From Babesia bigemina (lineage: Eukaryota): a stretch of 64,000 nucleotides of DNA. This document shows, one piece after another, positions 35,383 to 45,181 of this stretch. The translations under genes were made by a program, and so were the position numbers. Positions within the stretch are counted from its first letter, which is position 1. Each line of letters opens with the position of its first letter. Location: assembly GCF_000981445.1 (NCBI RefSeq), contig NC_027217.1, positions 620,001-684,000 of the forward strand, given 5' to 3'. The notes under the pieces are model-generated. The model saw only the letters and a program-made list of their open reading frames with translations, did not search any database and was not told the DNA's origin.

Positions 35383-35823
35383 CTTGCCTAAAGCAGATTA
35401 GTCCTTCGTTTCAGAGAGATGACAAGGCGTATACTTTGGGCGAGTCTGTCGCACTCCCTGTCTCAACGTATGTATACGGGCAATACAGAAAAATATGATT
35501 ACTGTTTTGACCCTAACATGCGAAAAAAACTTTGTGTGATTAGTGTTAGTTGGCGTGCGGTGGCACTTGCCACTTGATTCAGACTGGACATATGCCACAG
35601 GTGGCGCACGATGCCTCTCCGCATGGCGCATACTGGCACCGCGTAAAGCGCCTGCGTGCTGTGCCCACACGCTCCCTAAAGCCTGTATAGACGCCTATAC
35701 GCCTCGCGTGATTCCTTTAGCACCGACGCTAGACAATTTTCGCCTAGCTCGCAACGGTACCGCCGACTCAGATCCACACCGCATGATATCCTGGACTCTC
35801 TGGATTGCATCGCTACGCGAGAT

Positions 35824-36423
35824 TCAGTATTGCATAAGCTCCTTCAGGGCGTGCAGCAGCAACGCATTCTCGTTACTTCCACCCATGAAGTTTATATGTA
35901 CCTTGCTCGATCCCCCTGCGGACGCAGAAACAGGCGTCGTATTGAGTCCTGGTATGAGGCTTGGGCAGAGCTTCAGTGACACGGAATCACTGGAGCGAGT
36001 CACTACAAGGTTCCCGCCGTCTACACCGTGCAACGTGATGGGTGCGTCGGACACGTGCGATAGAGCCTCGAGGAGCTTGGATACCTCCTCCATTGGCAAA
36101 ACGGAAGATACTCGTGACCTTTTGTCAAACACCTTGCTTTCACCGCCCTCGCGCGTCATCCCAGTCAGCAGCATAACTTTGTAGCCCAAATTTTCGTCGT
36201 TGCGCAGTTTCATAGTTAGACACGCATTGTCCGTGAAGAAGGTGAACGTCGGTGGCCCGAATTCAAGATTCCCTGCATTACAGTATATTCTTCTGCTGTA
36301 AGCCGCTTCGCTGCGATCGCTTAGGCACCTAGCCTGCGTGTTATAGAGCGTCTGGCGACATCTAGTTCCCAGCCATTGCGGGAATATGGCCTTCGGCCTG
36401 AAAACTGTCCTAGACAAAATCAT
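35824..36423 (-). CDS. Mitochondrion-targeted hypothetical protein, 199 aa; candidate Whirly-fold nucleic-acid-binding protein
   Basis: Presequence-like N-terminus (MILSRTVFRPK...ARCLS); mature part resembles the Whirly domain pattern (see findings). Confidence 0.7.
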   Translation of the reverse strand: MILSRTVFRPKAIFPQWLGTRCRQTLYNTQARCLSDRSEAAYSRRIYCNAGNLEFGPPTFTFFTDNACLTMKLRNDENLGYKVMLLTGMTREGGESKVFDKRSRVSSVLPMEEVSKLLEALSHVSDAPITLHGVDGGNLVVTRSSDSVSLKLCPSLIPGLNTTPVSASAGGSSKVHINFMGGSNENALLLHALKELMQY

Positions 36424-36736
36424 GCCACCGTTTGTACGAATTATTTAGCCTACACAATGCAGTGTAGGCAACTGATGTTTCACCGAACGACCACAACCCG
36501 CGTAGCGCAACACCTCGCCAACTCGCGACCACAGCTAGCACACACTCGACGCATATGGAAATAGCATACAGATTCTGTTACGTTTTGATGTTTCTTTGTG
36601 TCCGCTAGAATATAGTGCATCTAATGCGAATGCGATATCAGAATTCTACCATCGCGGTACACATACCTTAATTAAAACACAAATTATTATGAGCTACATT
36701 TAAGATATGTTAATTGAATTGGCACCTTTGCCAAAA

Positions 36737-39700
36737 TCACATCCAGACATTGTCGCTGGCGTCAGCCAGTCTGTAAGTTTCTGCTTCCTCGGTTTTGCCG
36801 CCACTTTCGCCGCTCAAAAACTCGTTATCCTCATCAACCACATCATCATTCATATCCGACGCATAGCGGCGGAAGACAGCGGCTGCTACTAATACCAGAA
36901 TACCGCTTGCAGCGGCACTCACCATGATAACGCTGCCAGTACCATTCGAATCCCTGTCCTCACCTCGGCGCCCACCCGTCGTGTGCTCACGTGATTGGTT
37001 CTCAGGCTGGTTTTCGCCGGTACTCGTGTGTCCAGGCGCCTTAACATGTACGCTTGCGGGCTCTCGCTCAGCTTCTTGATGCTCTGAAATACGCTCATGG
37101 TGGGCAGTGCTCGTACCACTTTCAATTTCATAAGTTGGTACGCTTCCGGATGGCCTCGTGTTATCAGTGCCGAGATGATGCGCATCAGACAGCCCTTTGT
37201 TCTCATCAATCTGAGTGTGATCGCCCACATTAGCATGACTACCCGAATCCTCACTGCCCTGACCACTAGTTAAACCACCCTCAATGGTATTAGTGGAACT
37301 GCCAGTAGTGTGTAATTCAGTAGTTATGGATTCGTCGCCAGTGGTGCCATTTTCAAGCTGCTCCGACTGCAGTTGCTCAGTTAGCTCAGTTTCCTGCGAT
37401 GCAGGTTCTTCCTCCGGGTTCCTAGCAGACTCGCTCTCGGTAGTTGGCAACACTGAAGTAATGGTGTCAGGAACTAAAGCCTGGTTCTCCATCTGCTGAT
37501 GCTCGTGGGTAGTACCCGATGACACCTCCCTCTCACTGTCGCCTCCGGCTTGCGTAACACCGACGTCCAAGCTGCCTGGCGTTGACTCCTCGTCACCCTG
37601 GCCTCCTAGGCCTTCACGGACATTGTGCTCATGTACGCCTACGACAGTCGACTCAGAGTGAGGGGTGCGCTCCCCCTTCTGCTCAGACAAGTCAGCTTCG
37701 GAACGCGTAGATACACTACCCTCAGTCTCGCGATGAACAGTCAAGTCATCGCCCTCTTTAGGCAAATCTGATTCCGTTATTGCAACTTCCCTCGGCTCAG
37801 TGGCAGATGATCCATGAGATGCAAGGGAGTCAGAATTCTGAGATTCCACGTTCGCACTGTTGCCTGCATCGGCAACTGCTACTTCATTATTGCGAGTACC
37901 CGGCATAACATTCTCCGCCTCATCAGTCCGAACACCGCTTACGCCGTCTTTCGGCAGCTCAGTAGAAGCATGGCCAACTGAATCCACACCTCCCACGGCA
38001 GCAATCGGAGATCCGTCCGTGCCGCAACGCTGGGTGTTACACAACACCTGCTTAACCTTCACATTTTTCAACAGGTCTTTACATGAACGACCTTTGCCTT
38101 CGCCCTCGCCATTGCTGGGGCCCAGCAACTGAGTGAAACCAAGAAGATTAGCAGTTTGTACACCCGATCCGCATGGCACACTGCAAGGTGTGTAATCAGA
38201 CCAAGCCTCAAGGCACACAGCATCCCTACCATCGCGACTACATACGCTTTTTATTACATACTCAATTCTGCCCATGATGTTCGACGCGCTGGTCGTGATG
38301 TACTTAGGGCAAACGTAGTAGTAGCGACATCCCATGGCAGCAGGCCAGAACTTTTCTGATTCCTTGCCGATCTCCACAACAAACAGCGTAACACCATTGC
38401 GGCGTGCGTTGAATGCCTCATTGCTAGCCAACACTTCGTCGGCCACTTTTCCCGTTGTGATCAGGAACACGACCGTGTTAACGCCAGGCGCGTCAACTAA
38501 ACGCATTTCGCTTGTTTTGTCATCAACTAAGTATTTCTCACGGTCTTCGTACACCTTCTCACGCAGGAACTTCAGAGCTGCTCCAGGATTGGCTTCCTCA
38601 GCGCTGTTCTTAGTGTCGAACATTTCGTCAATCTTTACCGCCACGGACCTGATGTTGTCCTTATCAATGATGGTCCTACCCAACACTTCCCTTGCGGTTT
38701 TGTCGTAGCTCACCAGCGACAGGGTGTTTGTACCCACCGTTGCGGACAGTGAGTACGCAAGCATCTTCACAAACGAACGGACTTTTTCGTAATCCCCCAC
38801 GTCCTTAAGTTTTGCGCTATCATCCAACGCAACAACGTAATCCTTCCCTAACCACTTGCAGTTGCCAATTCTACGGTTTACATCAGGTGCATACCGAAGC
38901 ATATCATCTATACCCTTGTCGTCATCGTACAACCTAGGGATGTGTGAAGGCGGAAGTGTATTCTTGCGTATGTTTGCAATCCTCATCTTCTTGAGGTCAA
39001 CTTCTTTTTTCGTTTCCAATGGTTTAATGGGAACACCCCGCACGCCCGGCTCATACCACTCTGATTTGACTTTAAAATTCTCAACAGGGATAGATTTGTC
39101 AGCCGCTTGCTCTTCCATTTCGTCATCCCGCTCCAACTCAAACTCCTGGGTGTGCATTTCTTTGTGCGCATTTGCAGGCAACTCCTTTGGCATTTTATCA
39201 TGCGTATCTTCGGTCAGCAAATCATCAAAATAATCACCTGTTTTGTCACCATATAAGTCATCGTCATACGTACCGTTAGTTAGGTAGTCGTGCAGTAGTT
39301 GCTCATCATCGTCATCATTCAGTCCTTGCTGGTCATGATCGTCGTCCTCCTCATCTTCCTCTAAATCGTCCAAATCATCGTCGTCTTCTTCATCCATTGT
39401 TTCAGCATCCATATCGATTAAGGATGGATACTTATTCACCAACGGAGACGTATTGCCATTTCCCATGTTGCCTGAGGTAGTCTGAATAAAACCACCAATA
39501 CCATGGTTAAGTCCAACAGAACGGCTACCTCTGCATGGCTGCATATTACACAACATTTGTCTGACTTTTACGTTCTGCAATTGTTTCTCACATGTACGTC
39601 CTATGATTTCTCCCTTGCCATTGCTAGGAGAAAGTAGTGTTTTAAAACTAATCAGCGTTGATGTTTTAATTCCAGTGCCACATGGCTCACTGCAAGCAGA

Positions 39701-40693
39701 ATACTCCGACCATTCCTCGTGGCATATGGCATCCTTTCTGCGGTGTGACCTTACTTGCTTCATAACTTGTTCGACCTTACTCATAAGATCTTTCCTGTGG
39801 GTCGTAATGTACTGCGGGCAGCCGAAATGCTGTCTGCAACCTACAATAGAAGCCCAGAACTTCTCCGATCTTATTCCAATCTCAATTACAAGGAGCGTAA
39901 CACCGTTGCGACGTGCGTCGAAAGCTTCCTGCATTGCTAGTTCTTTGTCACCTGCAGCACCACTTGTAATGATAAACACCACGGTGTCCTTTCCTGCAGC
40001 AGAGTTGAGATCTAAATTTGTTGTCTTATCATTTAGTAGGTATTTGTCACCATTGTTGTATACCGATTGACGAAGAAATTCCAAGGCTTCCCCCGGTTTG
40101 GCCTCCTCAACTAATGTCATGGATTCAAACATTTTGTCAATCCTTTTTCCCACAGACCTTACGGTTTCATTGTTAATAAACCCCCTGTCTAGCCATATTT
40201 CGCTTGTGCTATTGAATGTAACTAGTGATAGGCGATTTTTCCCGTTAAGCTTTGAAAGAGCCTGAACCAACTGTTTTACAAAAGCAGAAAGTTTTTTATT
40301 CCATGACGTGTTGGAAAGACGTGACATAAGTTCCAGTGCGATAATGTAGTCCTTCCCTACACCAGACATATAGGAATGGCGATTATTACCACGCCTTTCA
40401 GAATTTGATAGTGAGTCTAAGGATCTCGAATTAGACAACCCGCGCCTATAACGCTTTCTGGATCTTTCTACAACACGCTCCTTCGAATTCATATGCGGTT
40501 CACCCAATCCACCCGATTTAACGTTTGTTTCTTGCTGGCCAATCTCCTGCCTGATGTCGTTACCCGGTACAAAACGGCCTGCCACATCCTGCGGAGAGTG
40601 GCTGCTAGATGCTGCACTGCCGTAAGCCGAGGTATATCCGCTGCAAATCGCAGACAGCACAGCGAACGCGAAAAGGAATCCCACTCCCAACAT
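36737..40693 (-). CDS. TRAP-family adhesin with two vWA-TSP1 modules, 1318 aa, single exon
   Basis: Signal peptide; two vWA-like domains each followed by a TSR (WSEYSACSEPCGTG; WSDYTPCSVPCGSG); acidic stalk; TM; tail ETYRLADASDNVWM. Confidence 0.92.
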   Translation of the reverse strand: MLGVGFLFAFAVLSAICSGYTSAYGSAASSSHSPQDVAGRFVPGNDIRQEIGQQETNVKSGGLGEPHMNSKERVVERSRKRYRRGLSNSRSLDSLSNSERRGNNRHSYMSGVGKDYIIALELMSRLSNTSWNKKLSAFVKQLVQALSKLNGKNRLSLVTFNSTSEIWLDRGFINNETVRSVGKRIDKMFESMTLVEEAKPGEALEFLRQSVYNNGDKYLLNDKTTNLDLNSAAGKDTVVFIITSGAAGDKELAMQEAFDARRNGVTLLVIEIGIRSEKFWASIVGCRQHFGCPQYITTHRKDLMSKVEQVMKQVRSHRRKDAICHEEWSEYSACSEPCGTGIKTSTLISFKTLLSPSNGKGEIIGRTCEKQLQNVKVRQMLCNMQPCRGSRSVGLNHGIGGFIQTTSGNMGNGNTSPLVNKYPSLIDMDAETMDEEDDDDLDDLEEDEEDDDHDQQGLNDDDDEQLLHDYLTNGTYDDDLYGDKTGDYFDDLLTEDTHDKMPKELPANAHKEMHTQEFELERDDEMEEQAADKSIPVENFKVKSEWYEPGVRGVPIKPLETKKEVDLKKMRIANIRKNTLPPSHIPRLYDDDKGIDDMLRYAPDVNRRIGNCKWLGKDYVVALDDSAKLKDVGDYEKVRSFVKMLAYSLSATVGTNTLSLVSYDKTAREVLGRTIIDKDNIRSVAVKIDEMFDTKNSAEEANPGAALKFLREKVYEDREKYLVDDKTSEMRLVDAPGVNTVVFLITTGKVADEVLASNEAFNARRNGVTLFVVEIGKESEKFWPAAMGCRYYYVCPKYITTSASNIMGRIEYVIKSVCSRDGRDAVCLEAWSDYTPCSVPCGSGVQTANLLGFTQLLGPSNGEGEGKGRSCKDLLKNVKVKQVLCNTQRCGTDGSPIAAVGGVDSVGHASTELPKDGVSGVRTDEAENVMPGTRNNEVAVADAGNSANVESQNSDSLASHGSSATEPREVAITESDLPKEGDDLTVHRETEGSVSTRSEADLSEQKGERTPHSESTVVGVHEHNVREGLGGQGDEESTPGSLDVGVTQAGGDSEREVSSGTTHEHQQMENQALVPDTITSVLPTTESESARNPEEEPASQETELTEQLQSEQLENGTTGDESITTELHTTGSSTNTIEGGLTSGQGSEDSGSHANVGDHTQIDENKGLSDAHHLGTDNTRPSGSVPTYEIESGTSTAHHERISEHQEAEREPASVHVKAPGHTSTGENQPENQSREHTTGGRRGEDRDSNGTGSVIMVSAAASGILVLVAAAVFRRYASDMNDDVVDEDNEFLSGESGGKTEEAETYRLADASDNVWM

Positions 40694-41349
40694 CGTGCGT
40701 CACTGGGATGTGTAGGATTCCATGAAAATGTGTACCTAAGGAACACCAATTATTTGCATTAATTTTATCTTATTATGATGCACGTATGTGTTATGCACTT
40801 AATTCAACATTTCGCGTAACGTTGTCGACCAACGACGGTATGAAGGTCAGAGGGGTGCAATGTGTAGCACAGCGACATCGCTTCACTGGCCCCGAGGTGC
40901 GGTTGAAATCGACGGCCGGGATCAAATGCGATGATGTGCAAATGTTTTTGCGCAGTAATATCATCGGTAAGCTCAGCGCTATTTCCATAACCGGAGCGCA
41001 AGAGCGCCGCGAACATGCCGTTCCGTGATGTCGTGATGGCAACGACCGCCAGTTTCATTCGCGTAGCGTGATTTGTCACATTTACTTGTAAGCACTTTTG
41101 GGCAGCCAAACTATCAATGCCCTGCGAAATGGCAGGATCCGCACTCTGGCCTGAGCCTGTTGGTAGGGCACCTACCTTGTAACGGCTACGGTGTATATAC
41201 ATTTCAGTAGCACATTTCAAATCTACCTCCATCACCGTTTATCACGGAATAGCTGAGTTGTGTGCCTGTCACGCTGGTTGTCGACGGTGGTTATTCGTCC
41301 GCCTGCAGTGGTAGCTTTGCCATTGTTGGCGCGCGCCCATAGGTTCACG

Positions 41350-41741
41350 ATGGTGAGTTCGTGTTAGCGCGCTTCTGTCGCTCGATCTAAAGCGTACGTG
41401 CAGCTATTCTTCAACTTCTTCCAAACGCTGGTCGAGAAGGGCGCGAATGTAACCATTGAGCTGAAAAACGACCTGCAGCTGACTGGGCGGCTCCACGCAG
41501 TGGACCAGTATCTGAATTTCAAGCTGAGCAACGTGACGGCCAACGACACTGAGCGATACCCGCACCTGGTTCGTTGTATCGATATACCAACTGCATTACG
41601 TGTCAGCTGTCTGTTGTGAACTGCTTTGTGCGAGGTTCGGTGGTGCGGTACGTGTTCCTGAATTCTTCGGACGTCAAGACGGAAGAGCTGCAGGAGCTGT
41701 GTCGTCGAGAGGCTATGAAGCAGAGCTCGGAGAAGAAGTGA
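41350..41741 (+). CDS. LSM2: U6 snRNA-associated Sm-like protein LSm2, copy 1 (3 exons, first exon is ATG only)
   Basis: M|LFFNFFQTLV...IELKNDLQLTGRLHAVDQYLNFKL...YPHL|LSVVNCFVRGSVVRYV. Confidence 0.95.
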
Positions 41742-41784
41742 CGCTGACTGACTGACTGTCTAGCGCTCTGTAATTCGGGCTTGT

Positions 41785-42367
41785 CTAATGCAGTTTGCCT
41801 TTGATGTGTTCCTCTGCATGTGCGATCATGTTGCACAGCGACTCTTTGTCGCAATACTCGTTGATGTTGCTTGCCGAAACCCATCTGATCGTGCGTGATG
41901 TTGCTTGCCTTTACCACTTACGCGTGGTCGATGTGTTCGTGCGATAGTGTTATCTTGGAGTCCGGATCTGTCAGCTTTCCCAGATAGTAAACGCACTCCT
42001 TGTCCCTGTCGTGTGCCTTGTATCTCAGTACCTGCAGCTCATATGTCTCGCATATCGCTAACGCCAAACCTCCTTGAACGACTCGTCAACTTCGATGAGC
42101 TCCTTACGCAACCCGGATTCCTCCCATGTCTCTCTGAATGCGGCGTCCTTGAACGTCTCACCGGGGTCTAAGCGCCCTGTATGCTTGATGTGTTGGAGTT
42201 ACGCGCTCATCGGGCGACGTAGTGCTATAGACGTTACCTTTTGGGGGTGTCCAGTGGAACGGCTTGTTTGACGCTTTAAGCAGCAAGTATTTCACTTCCT
42301 TCGCAAGTGCGTCGACGGTGTAAACGATGATGCCCGCTGCCTTTATGATGGCTCCCTCAACCTCCAT
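41785..42367 (-). CDS. Bis(5'-nucleosyl)-tetraphosphatase (asymmetrical Ap4A Nudix hydrolase), copy 1, 4 exons
   Basis: KAAGIIVY...YLLLKAS...HWTPPK|GRLDPGETFKDAAFRETWEESGL (Nudix box)...LSHEH. An upstream exon is possible. Confidence 0.9.
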
Positions 42368-42668
42368 GTCTTCGCTGTAGCTGTGGTCGCCTGAATTGCA
42401 CTGCTCCGTGCCTTCCTCTGACTTCGGTTGCTCAGCCAAGTCACTTGTGTCGACGCCGTAGCGTCGCTTGGCCCCTATGCGCGCGTTTAGTATTATTCCC
42501 TCTGTTTCAGATCGCTGTGTTGCGTTTTCGAGTCCGGTGGGCGACGCCCACGTGCCCTATGGACGGTGGCGCGCGCCTTGGCTCAGTGCCGCCACTCGCC
42601 TTCCGCCTGCTCCTTGGGGCTGCAGCACGCGTAGCCGATGCACATTACGCAATGACATAACACGGAAC

Positions 42669-44220
42669 ATGGAGGGATCGCAGCAGATATTCGACGCAGA
42701 CTGGGATGTGCGTTCGACCCAGGAGCACAATGCGTCTTATTGGTCTGGTAAGGCATCGATGCCTTCTATCGCACTGTTGAAGAGTATATGTGCCAATGGA
42801 GGCATGGTTGAGTTCGAGATGGAGCCGTCAGGCGTTTTGGTATGCCACATTCCCGACCATAAGGTTACGGTGAATATGCTGGATCCTAGTGGACTGCGCA
42901 GCCGCCGAGGCGAAGCGTACGTGATCGGTGATATAGTGCTACTGCTCTGTATTCGCAGGGAAGATTACACGTATAGCTCTATAACCAAGCGTGGATTCAA
43001 ATACATTAATGTTTTGGAGCGGGATCGCATAAAGTCTATTTTGGGCGACCCTGATACATCTCCAGACCTTCTAGAGGCCAAAGCGCGCTTCATTCCAATA
43101 AGTGGCACGGGGTCCAGTCGTGTAACTGGTTCTCGTAACGATGTGTCGGACAGTGGCACGTCGACACAAGTCGGCTCCAAGCACATGATTGATGTCGTGA
43201 TGAAGAAGGTTGAGGATTCTTGGCGTGCATTTATGCATGACACTTCTCAGGAAGATGATGAGGAGTACAGATCGGCTAAGAAACGGCACTACAACATGTG
43301 CGTCCTCGCAGCTGGGCTTATGGAGCGACCGTTGAGAACTCGGACGTCGGTGATCATGGCGCACGGCGAAGGCTTTGAACGCGTTTTGCAAAAACTGGAG
43401 GCTGCCCAGGCAAACAAGGCGGCATCCAAGGCGCGTGATGCGCCTAAATCTGTAGGCAGCGTTTTGAGAACACGTAAGTGATTTCATGGATCCACGTAAA
43501 TTGTTGTTCAGAGTCTAAGTTGCGTGTCTTGGACGAGATATGCTGCAAATATCGCAAGAAACCAGTAATCATTGTTCCGAGTGGTGCTATGTCTATTGTA
43601 GCGCGTCAGAACATCAAGCAGTTGCTGGAAGATCACCAGTTCGTTGATCCCCAAGAATCTCTGCGAGCTAGTGCGTTTTTCAAAATCTTCTTTTCATACA
43701 CCTTTAGATGGGGCTATCATGTCGGGTCTCCCTATGAATGCAGTTGAGGTCATCCATACCATTTCTGGTAGGACAATAAAATTTCGGGTGGTGGAGAGCT
43801 CCTATACCACCAAATTCACCACGACTGATTGGATTAGTGTGGTTTGCGTAATCTTGAACATCAAAGGGGGGCAATGGCAATTCAACGGATACCCGTTCGA
43901 GTCTTTCGTAGATTTGTTCATGACTATGAAGTAAGTGGAAGACTCTTATTGTTTCAATGCGCTTGCAGGGGCGCTCTGTTTGCGTACGACACTGACAACA
44001 TACCAGCCGACATGGGAAATTGGGATTTGAAGGTGAGTGCACGTTCTTGTTTTCTATTGCAATTATGTGCTGTGTTGTAACAACGCTACAGGTATTTCGC
44101 ATAAATCGCAGTCACCGCCACCATGATGCGTCCATTGCAAAAGAGTTCTGGCAATATATAGAGAGCTTTCTTCTTCAACCGCGGCATCGGAAAATACACC
44201 CAACAAAAAGGCTGTCATAA
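42669..44220 (+). CDS. CDC73: PAF1 complex subunit CDC73/parafibromin, multi-exon
   Basis: ERPLRTRTSVI, KPVIIVPSGAMSIVARQNIKQLLED, DWISVVCV...GGQWQFNGYP and INRSHRHHDA..AKEFW match the CDC73 C-terminal domain. Confidence 0.85.
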
Positions 44221-45181
44221 ATGGGCTGGTGGTATGTGAACAATGTCTAATGGCTTCACACTCCTTAATCCTTCAACACGAAACTGAGTTTCAGTCAAAC
44301 ATTCTCATACATGATACAGTTAATGGGTGATATTCTGAGCCGTTAAATCGCCTCGTTTCCTTTTTGGGTGTCTGCCATCGTTTGGCGAAACCGCACATCT
44401 GCTTTGTGACGTTCATTGTTTCGGTATGCAACGGCGGTGGGTGGAGTTTCGCAGATAGGAATAAGACCGGCTGAATGCGAAATGTCCGACCACCGAACTA
44501 TGTCCACTGTTGTAAAATACTAACGAGAATAGAATAACTGGAATGCATACGTATACGGTACATGTACGACTCGTGAGTAACAGCAGTTTGCTTGCACCCT
44601 CGGGTTATTCTCCCGCTGTGCTACATCGGTGTAATATCCTTTATAAGCACGAAACACTGCATAACATATGCTTAGGTTTTGCAACTTTCCTGTTGTGCCA
44701 CTTTGAAAAATTAAAGGGCTACCAACAATTGGTACCACGCTGCCGATGCGGGCATGCGATTACAACGATGTTAACTTGCATCCATTACAGGACGACACAA
44801 TACCATAGAACCGGTTCATAATCCGCCCTCGTGAATGCCGTTCACTTCAAAACGTAGGGAGACTACATGGCGCCCACAAAACGTGGCGGAGCTAGCACTC
44901 CATGAAAATGCAACAATCAGCTACATTGGAATCCTTGCATTACAAGTCGCCAAGAGATACTATAGGTTTCACGGCGTAAATGATTCTATGCGTAAGTAAA
45001 CCTAGCATAGGGTACGCACGATGCCGGGACTAAGGGCGACGAGACGCCCGCAATCAGCGTAGAACCCAGTCAAACGCCTATGACTACACATCTAGGAGGC
45101 CACGGAATGCATAACGCTATCGATTATAAAACATAAATGAAATTATATTAATATGCTGCATTTCATGGCATGAATTACACT

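Larger units (their letters stand above)
40640..42694. repeat. Segmental duplication, copy 1 (TRAP 5' end, promoter, LSM2, Nudix hydrolase, CDC73 start)
   Basis: Aligns to 48422-50473, offset 7779 over most of its length. Identity ends abruptly after ...gcagatattcga. Confidence 0.95.
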
